Positions 57,982-64,000 of a DNA stretch of 64,000 nucleotides are shown here, in pieces. Source of the stretch: Dehalococcoidia bacterium (GTDB lineage: Bacteria > Chloroflexota > Dehalococcoidia > Plut-88900); contig OZ240215.1 in the NCBI GenBank assembly GCA_965197585.1, positions 2,112,001-2,176,000 of the forward strand, in the 5' to 3' direction. The translations under genes and the position numbers were made by a program. Position 1 is the stretch's first letter; each line of letters opens with the position of its first letter. The notes beneath the pieces are model-generated. The model worked only from the letters and a program-made list of their open reading frames with translations. It was not told the origin of the DNA and did no database searches.

Positions 57982-58902
57982 TTAGTGCGAAGGGGCGGGG
58001 CTGGCTGCCCCCATCCCCTCATCCGCCGCAACAGCGCCCTTGAGCGCAGCAATCGCTACCTCTATCTGGCTGTCGTCGGGGCGTCGAGTGGTCAGCATCT
58101 GGAGCAGCAACCCCGGACCTAGCAGCACCTTCAGAAACCGGTTCGCCGAGTATCGACCATGAATCCGCAAGACTTCGTAGGAGATACCCGCAATTACCGG
58201 CAAAAGCGCTATCCGGGACACGATCCTTATCCACAACGGCGGATGCCCCAGGGCCAGGAACACGAGAATCGCGATCAGCACCACCAGAAGAAGGAACGCC
58301 GTACCGCATCTCGGATGCAGGGTGGTGTACTTCCGCACGTTGTCGACGCTCAGCTCCTCGTCATGTTCCATGGCGTGGATCGACATGTGCTCAGCGCCGT
58401 GGTAGGCGAATACCCGCTGGATATCCTTCATCCTGCCAATCAGGAGGATGTATCCGAGAAACAGGCCCAGCCGCACCCCGCCTTCTATCACATTTAGCAG
58501 AGCCGCCGAGCTTATTCGGTCGTCAAGCCACTCGTTGAGAAAGACCGGCCCGACAAAGAACACAGCGATCCCAAAAGCGAGGCCTACTGCCAGGGTGATC
58601 CACAGCATCACGTCGGTCCCCGTGCCTCTCTCCTCCCCCTCTCCACCTTCCAGCTCATCGATAGCGACCTGGGCCGAGTACATCAGGGCCCGGGTCCCGA
58701 TGACCATTACCTCTAAGAGTGTAATGAATCCCCGAACCAATGGGACCTTCTTCAGCGTGCCCGTAAAGAGGCTTTGTATCGGGTCGGTCTTGAGCTGAAT
58801 CTCGTTGTCCGGGCGGCGCACCGCTATGGCGATGTTGCTCTTGCCCCGGATCATTACCCCTTCAATGACGGCCTGACCGCCGTAGGGGACCCGTTTTGCC
58901 AA
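57982..58902 (-). CDS. DUF1385 family membrane protein
   Basis: GGQAVIEGVM, YHGAEH, HPRCGT and TT..P....EVAI. Confidence 0.92.
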   Translation of the reverse strand: MAKRVPYGGQAVIEGVMIRGKSNIAIAVRRPDNEIQLKTDPIQSLFTGTLKKVPLVRGFITLLEVMVIGTRALMYSAQVAIDELEGGEGEERGTGTDVMLWITLAVGLAFGIAVFFVGPVFLNEWLDDRISSAALLNVIEGGVRLGLFLGYILLIGRMKDIQRVFAYHGAEHMSIHAMEHDEELSVDNVRKYTTLHPRCGTAFLLLVVLIAILVFLALGHPPLWIRIVSRIALLPVIAGISYEVLRIHGRYSANRFLKVLLGPGLLLQMLTTRRPDDSQIEVAIAALKGAVAADEGMGAASPAPSH

Positions 58903-58918
58903 CTCTTCTCCTTAAATC

Positions 58919-58944
58919 AAAAGAGGGAGCACATAAGCTCCCTC
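58919..58944 (-). terminator. Terminator after rpmE
   Basis: GAGGGAGC/GCTCCCTC hairpin followed by a T run on the minus strand. Confidence 0.6.
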
Positions 58945-58966
58945 AAGTGGTCGGACAGGACTAAGG

Positions 58967-59170
58967 TTACTTGATCCCGTACCTTCTATTGAACTGCTCG
59001 ACCCTGCCGCCGCTGTCTATAATCCGCTGCTGGCCGGTGAAGAAGGGGTGGCACTTGCTGCAAAGCTCCAGCCTGATCTCCGACTTGGTGGATCCGGTCT
59101 CGAAGACAGTGCCGCAGCTTCCGCAGGTCACGGTGCAGAGTTGGTACGTCGGGTGTAACTCAGTTTTCAT
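58967..59170 (-). CDS. rpmE: 50S ribosomal protein L31 (Cys-containing type)
   Basis: MK..LHP.Y, CGSCG and CSKCHPFFTG. Confidence 0.97.
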   Translation of the reverse strand: MKTELHPTYQLCTVTCGSCGTVFETGSTKSEIRLELCSKCHPFFTGQQRIIDSGGRVEQFNRRYGIK

Positions 59171-59172
59171 TG

Positions 59173-59436
59173 TTAAGCATCCTGGACCGGGTTGATGCTG
59201 ACTTTCTTCCGATACTTGGAATGCCGCTGAAACTCGACCTTGCCGTCTTTAAGGGCGAACAGGGTGTGGTCTCTCCCGACACCCACGTTGGTCCCGGGAT
59301 GGATCTTCGTTCCCCGCTGCCTCACGATGATGGAGCCCGCAGTCACGAGCTCTCCGCCGTACCGCTTCACCCCGAGCCTCTGGCCCTGGCTGTCCCGGCC
59401 GTTTCTGCTGCTGCCGCCGCCCTTCTTATGAGCCAT
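59173..59436 (-). CDS. rpmA: 50S ribosomal protein L27
   Basis: [16 protein letters not shown]. Confidence 0.98.
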   Translation of the reverse strand: MAHKKGGGSSRNGRDSQGQRLGVKRYGGELVTAGSIIVRQRGTKIHPGTNVGVGRDHTLFALKDGKVEFQRHSKYRKKVSINPVQDA

Positions 59437-59819
59437 TACGCTTCACTTTCGACATTCGCAGGCTGCTTGGCAACCCTGGATCTCGGGGCTCGGCCTGCGT
59501 TTATTCTTTCTATAGCGACTTTGGTGTGGTCCTGGCGGTGTCCCGTCTTCCGGCGGTAACGCACCTTTGATTTGTACTTGAAGACGATGACCTTCTTGTC
59601 ACGGCCCTGCTCCAGCACCCGGGCCTTGACCTTGGCCCCGGACACCGTCGGCGCCCCGACTTTAACGGCGCCGCCTTTGGAGACGAGCAGCACTCGGTCG
59701 AATTCCACAGCGCTGCCCGGTTCAAGCGCCAGTTTGTCGAGCACGACAGTGTCGCCCACTGAGGCTCTGTATTGTCGGCTCCCCGACTGGAATATTGCGT
59801 AGTCTTTTATTTCATTCAC
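59436..59819 (-). CDS. rplU: 50S ribosomal protein L21
   Basis: [16 protein letters not shown] and GHRQ. Confidence 0.96.
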   Translation of the reverse strand: MNEIKDYAIFQSGSRQYRASVGDTVVLDKLALEPGSAVEFDRVLLVSKGGAVKVGAPTVSGAKVKARVLEQGRDKKVIVFKYKSKVRYRRKTGHRQDHTKVAIERINAGRAPRSRVAKQPANVESEA

Positions 59820-59924
59820 AACCCTCGAATTCTACTTCAATGACTAATCGCCTGTCAAAGCGGGTGCTTTGCTATACTTTCCCCCGTCAAACATAAGGTA
59901 CGTCCATGCCGCGGAAAGACTCTA

Positions 59925-60878
59925 TTGCCCAACCTCAGCATTCCCTCCAAGTCCGCCCTTCTTAAGATAATCTTAGTCCTTCTGTTCCTGGCCATTGGGG
60001 GAACTGCCGGAACATTCAGTTATCTGGGATTCGTAGAACTGCAACAGCTCAATGAGTCCATCACTCAGGACCGAGACCGCCTGACCCTGCTAGAAAACGC
60101 CCCCACCCCCACCCCCCAGCCGACCGCAACCCCCCAACCCGCCCCCCAGCCCATCCCCACCCCGATAACTTTGCCGCCCACTGTCACCCCTATAAGCCTG
60201 CCCCCATCCCCCACTCCCGTACCCATGTGGAACGATCTGTACACGCAAATCAGGTGCTCCGTAGTGAAGGTGGAAACTACCGGAGGCAGCGGGACCGGTT
60301 GGGTTTATGAAGAGGGATGGCTGGTCACGGCAGCCCATGTCGTCAAGGGTTACAGGACTGTGACTGTTCACTATCAAGATTCGGAAGGTCAAGAGAAGTC
60401 CGCCATGGTAAACGTGCTGGGCAGAGACCGGCTCCATGATGTCGCAGCCATCGAGCTAAAGGACATAGACCTCCCGCCCATCCCTGGCCGGCGAGATGTG
60501 GAAGCCAAGGATGGCGGCGAGGCTGTTATGACTGTAGGCTACTCATCCGACCCACCGATAGGATGGCCGAGCACAAGGGTTGGCATCCTTACTACCGTCT
60601 CCGAATTACCTTGGTTCGAAAACCTTAAGGCCATCGAGACCGACGCCGCATTTGACCCGGGTGATTCAGGAGGTCCAATTCTGGATCTCAACGGCAACGT
60701 CATAGGCATAGCCCAGGCCACCGTCATAAGGTCAGGCTCACAACGGATACAGGGCAGACAACTCGCCGTGGGAATACGAGAGGTCGAAGCCGTATGGGAG
60801 CAACTCAAGCGTAATGAGCGCCTGAACCAGGGCTCCGACTACTGGATATACCGCCGCTTTGAAGGCCCCGACGAGTAG
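59925..60878 (+). CDS. Membrane-anchored trypsin-like (S1C) serine protease without PDZ
   Basis: N-terminal TM, Pro/Thr linker, TAAHV, DVA and PGDSGGP. Confidence 0.88.
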   Translation: MPNLSIPSKSALLKIILVLLFLAIGGTAGTFSYLGFVELQQLNESITQDRDRLTLLENAPTPTPQPTATPQPAPQPIPTPITLPPTVTPISLPPSPTPVPMWNDLYTQIRCSVVKVETTGGSGTGWVYEEGWLVTAAHVVKGYRTVTVHYQDSEGQEKSAMVNVLGRDRLHDVAAIELKDIDLPPIPGRRDVEAKDGGEAVMTVGYSSDPPIGWPSTRVGILTTVSELPWFENLKAIETDAAFDPGDSGGPILDLNGNVIGIAQATVIRSGSQRIQGRQLAVGIREVEAVWEQLKRNERLNQGSDYWIYRRFEGPDE

Positions 60879-60975
60879 ATTGGCCTCCCTCCCGCGAAGT
60901 TCTGCGACATGGCTTAATCTCTCGTCCATATAGCCTGTAACCAAACCTACCTGTTCTCTCAAGGAGTACCCAATA

Positions 60976-61740
60976 ATGTCTAACACCCTAACCGGAAAGG
61001 TCGCCATAGTTACCGGAGGTGGCTCGGGCATAGGTAAGTCGGCTGTCATGCTGCTGGCCCGAGAAGGCGCCAAGGTCATGATCGCCGACATCGACGAGCA
61101 GGCTGGGCAAGAAACGGCCGCGCTTATCAGGTCTCAAGGCGGAGAGTCCGGCTTCGTTCGAACGGACGTCTCTCGGGAGTCGGATGTCGAGGCGATGGTC
61201 GCCCGCACCATCGAGACTTTCGGCAGGCTGGACTGCGCCTTCAACAATGCCGGCATCCTCGAAGAGGGCAGCCCCGACGTAACCGGCTACTCACTGGACC
61301 TCTGGAACCGGGTCATAAGCATCAACCTGACCGGCACTTGGCTGTGCATGAAGTACGAGATCCCGGAGATGCTCAAGCAGGGCGGCGGTGCCATCGTCAA
61401 CAACGCATCGGTCGCCAGCTTCGTCGGTATCCCCGGTGCGACCGCCCTCGTGGCCAGCAAACACGGCGGCGTCGGCCTGACTAAGAATGCGGCCCTCGAA
61501 TACGCCGAGCGCGGAATCCGGGTGAACGCCGTGTGCCCGAGCTTCATCAAGACCCCGATACTCGAGCCCTACTTCGCCGCCCACCCCGAGGAAGAGATGG
61601 AGATGATTCGCAAAGAGCCGATCGGCAGGATGGGCGCCCCCGAGGAGGTCGCCGAGGCCGCAGTCTGGCTCCTATCAGACGCCGCATCTTTCGTCACCGG
61701 CCACTCGATGGTCGTAGACGGCGGCTACACCGCTATGTAG
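60976..61740 (+). CDS. Short-chain dehydrogenase/reductase
   Basis: TGGGSGIG and NNAG; the catalytic motif reads LVASK instead of YxxSK. Confidence 0.92.
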   Translation: MSNTLTGKVAIVTGGGSGIGKSAVMLLAREGAKVMIADIDEQAGQETAALIRSQGGESGFVRTDVSRESDVEAMVARTIETFGRLDCAFNNAGILEEGSPDVTGYSLDLWNRVISINLTGTWLCMKYEIPEMLKQGGGAIVNNASVASFVGIPGATALVASKHGGVGLTKNAALEYAERGIRVNAVCPSFIKTPILEPYFAAHPEEEMEMIRKEPIGRMGAPEEVAEAAVWLLSDAASFVTGHSMVVDGGYTAM

Positions 61741-61799
61741 ACTGCACGGTGGATGTGATCCTTGCCCAGCCCAAATCCGTGGACTAGGGAATGGGCCAG

Positions 61800-61968
61800 T
61801 TCCCTCTCCCTCGTCGAGAGTTGTGCATTACCGTCATTCCTACGAAGGCAGGAATCCAGGGGTAATGTGGGGTGGGGTAGGGTCCGATCCTCAGGAGCCG
61901 GGCCGCTCATCCTGAGGTGACTCGAAGGGTCGAGCGGGGGGAGGCCACGCCCTGCAAATCCGTCGCGA
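61800..61968. repeat. REP cluster with a degenerate MITE end
   Basis: CCCTCTCCC, GAGAGTTGTGCATTACC, GTCATTCCTACGAAGGCAGGAATCCA and GGCCGCTCATCCTGAG..TCGAAGGGTCGAGCG. Confidence 0.7.
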
Positions 61969-62000
61969 ACAGTTAATAAACATTCTACGGAGGCGACCCT

Positions 62001-62996
62001 ATGCTGCGATCCAAATGGACTTCTAAAGGCATGGTCATGGAAGACATCGACCCCGGCCCCCTTGCCCCGGGCCGAGTCAGAATCAACGTAACCGCCTGCG
62101 GCATCTGCGGTTCGGACCTCCACGTCTACGGAGGCCGCAGCCCCAGAAAACACGACGTAATCATGGGTCACGAGATCGTCGGGACTATTATCGACGGAAG
62201 CTCCGGCCTCCCCGACACCCTCTACGCCATCGAGCCCCTGGACGCGTGCCTGGACTGCAACTACTGTGCCGCGGGCGCCACTAATATCTGCCCCAACATG
62301 AGATTCATCGGCATCAATGAGCCTGGCGGCCTCGCCGAGTCCATCGACGTCCCCGCCCACACCCTCCACCCCGTCCCAAACTCCCTGTCCCCGCTTCTAG
62401 CCTCTATGGTCGAGCCCATGGCCTGCTCCTACCGGGGCATTGCCCTGGGCCGGCTGAAGATCGAAAGTCGGGTGCTTGTCCTGGGCGCCGGCACCATCGG
62501 CCTCTTTGCCGGCCTCCTCGCCCGGGACCGCGCCGCCGAGGTCGCCATCACCGCCCGGCACCCTCAGCAGATCGAAGCTGCACGAAAACTCGGCCTGACT
62601 CCCCTCGGCGAGAACGATTGGGAAGACTGGGCCAAGGACCGCGGCCCCGACGTGGTCATCGAGACCGTAGGCGGTGAGGCAGACACCATAAACGACGCCA
62701 TAAAAGCCGCCCAGCCCGAGGCCCGCATCGTCATAGTCGGCATCTTCACCGCCCCGTCCCAGGTCGACGGATTGGCTCTGGTCGTGAAAGAGGTGGACAT
62801 CGTGGGGTCGAGCATGTACGGTGTCGGAGCACACGGCCGTGAATTCGCCTCCACCATCGATTCCCTCGCCCGCTACTCCTCCGAAGTCGGCTTCATGCAG
62901 ACCCACCAGTACCCCCTCACCTCCGTAACCGAGGCCTTCGACACCGCCCTCGACAAGTCCACCGGAGCCATAAAAGTCACCGTCCTCCCCCAATAA
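62001..62996 (+). CDS. Zinc-binding alcohol dehydrogenase (MDR)
   Basis: CGICGSD, GHE, C..C..C.......C and GAGTIG. Confidence 0.93.
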   Translation: MLRSKWTSKGMVMEDIDPGPLAPGRVRINVTACGICGSDLHVYGGRSPRKHDVIMGHEIVGTIIDGSSGLPDTLYAIEPLDACLDCNYCAAGATNICPNMRFIGINEPGGLAESIDVPAHTLHPVPNSLSPLLASMVEPMACSYRGIALGRLKIESRVLVLGAGTIGLFAGLLARDRAAEVAITARHPQQIEAARKLGLTPLGENDWEDWAKDRGPDVVIETVGGEADTINDAIKAAQPEARIVIVGIFTAPSQVDGLALVVKEVDIVGSSMYGVGAHGREFASTIDSLARYSSEVGFMQTHQYPLTSVTEAFDTALDKSTGAIKVTVLPQ

Positions 62997-63034
62997 CCCT
63001 CCTTCCCCCGATGGGAGCCTGTCCGCCTCTGGCG

Positions 63035-63247
63035 GATCATTCCCGACCCCGTTCGGGTCACAGAGGCGCCGTGCTGAAAGTCCGCCTTTGGCGGAGCGTC
63101 AATCCATCCCCATGAGGGGCCGCTCACCCTGAGCGCCGTCGAAGGGTCGAGCGGGGGGAGGCCCACCCACCGCCAATCCGTCTCCTCTGCCATCCCCAAC
63201 CCTCGTTCGCCTTGTCTTCCCGAGGCCCCGCGAGGGATCTCAAGCGT
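63035..63247. repeat. REP cluster near-identical in organisation to 1250-1397
   Basis: AATCCATCCCC..GGGGCCGCTCACCCTGAGCG..GTCGAAGGGTCGAGCG..GGCCCACC..GCCAATCCGTC..CCGAGGCCCCGCGAGGGATCT.AAGCG. Confidence 0.75.
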
Positions 63248-63263
63248 CAATGTCCCCACCCCC

Positions 63264-64000
63264 CTAGAGTACCCCTGCAAGCCCCTTAATCCTGCTCCCC
63301 AACCCGCTCACCCGTTCAAGTATGTCATCAAAACTGCCTGAAAGGTCCAGCGTGGTTACATGCAGCTCCTTCCCAGAATTTCGTACCGTGTAGGTGATCT
63401 CGTCAGTCTCCCCCTTAGCGTAAATGAGCATTCCGTTTTGCAATTTAAGGGATGTCATATATGCCAGCATCTGGTACACATCAGCATTTGGAAAGTGGTC
63501 ATCCTTGATGTATTTGTACTTTGCGTCCCCTACAAACACGCATCTTGAACTGACTCGCCATACTAAATCGGGCCTCAGACCAATCTTGCTCTTCCTACCG
63601 ACTTCCGGAACGTCAAGTGACAGAATGTCGATTTCACCAAACTCCTTCTCCGACACCCCCAGGGCCTCCCTCAACGCAACCGTCAAGAACTCCTGGAAGA
63701 CCACGTTCATGTCCATCAAGAACCCTTGCGCCCTAACCTCCCCCCGCCCCGACTCAAAAGCCCCGTGTCGCAGAATCAACCGCGCCAATGCCACCACCGA
63801 CCTATAGTGCTCGTTCAACCTGTCAAACTTAACTTCTGGCACGTCCTTGGGCCGATAGTCCACTAGCGACACGTTGTCCAGCATCGCCCACGCCCACCCG
63901 AGACCCGTTCGCGCCTTCTGCGACCGCAGCCGTAAGCCACCAAGCCGAGCCACCGCCGCCTTCACCAACCGGTTCTCCTTGATGTCGTCCGTGAATTCGT
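63264..64000 (-). CDS. mcrC: McrC-family restriction protein, 5' end outside window
   Basis: EFTDDIKENRL, DMNVVFQEF, RPD, DAKYK and DVYQMLAY. Confidence 0.88.
   Translation of the reverse strand, partial: EFTDDIKENRLVKAAVARLGGLRLRSQKARTGLGWAWAMLDNVSLVDYRPKDVPEVKFDRLNEHYRSVVALARLILRHGAFESGRGEVRAQGFLMDMNVVFQEFLTVALREALGVSEKEFGEIDILSLDVPEVGRKSKIGLRPDLVWRVSSRCVFVGDAKYKYIKDDHFPNADVYQMLAYMTSLKLQNGMLIYAKGETDEITYTVRNSGKELHVTTLDLSGSFDDILERVSGLGSRIKGLAGVL

Noticed and set aside
60098-60225. C-rich repeat in the protease gene as a DNA repeat element
   Set aside because: It encodes an ordinary Pro/Thr linker (PTPTPQPTATP).
1228-63247. CRISPR array
   Set aside because: The repeats are dispersed or have only two degenerate copies; there is no regular repeat-spacer periodicity and no cas gene.

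Overview
GC-rich bacterial chromosome segment. The gene content points to Chloroflexota, probably Dehalococcoidia/SAR202-like (inference): five luciferase-like monooxygenases, many amidohydrolases and SDRs, an rplU-rpmA-rpmE-DUF1385 block, and strong TATAAT-type -10 boxes. Most of the window encodes catabolic enzymes with a recurring betaine/osmolyte/N-methyl-amino-acid and C1 theme, interleaved with type II toxin-antitoxin cassettes, a T5orf172 nuclease, a partial mcrC and clusters of REP/MITE-like repeats. Two things stand out that the ORF track hides. (1) A divergent glycine/betaine-reductase-like system: GrdB and GrdA are selenoproteins read through in-frame UGA codons followed by SECIS-like hairpins. 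GrdB has lost both Cys of its UxxCxxC motif, two GrdE-like paralogs 16 kb away lack the pyruvoyl-forming Cys, grdD and thioredoxin are not in the window, and two Asp/Glu-racemase-superfamily genes follow the operon. (2) A ~620-700 nt non-coding unit at ~1.83-2.5 kb with its own promoter-like sequence, several long-range helices and an internal tandem ~78-nt structured repeat, which is a candidate large structured ncRNA I cannot assign to a known family. A cluster of single-base frameshifts at 24-32 kb looks like sequencing error rather than biology.
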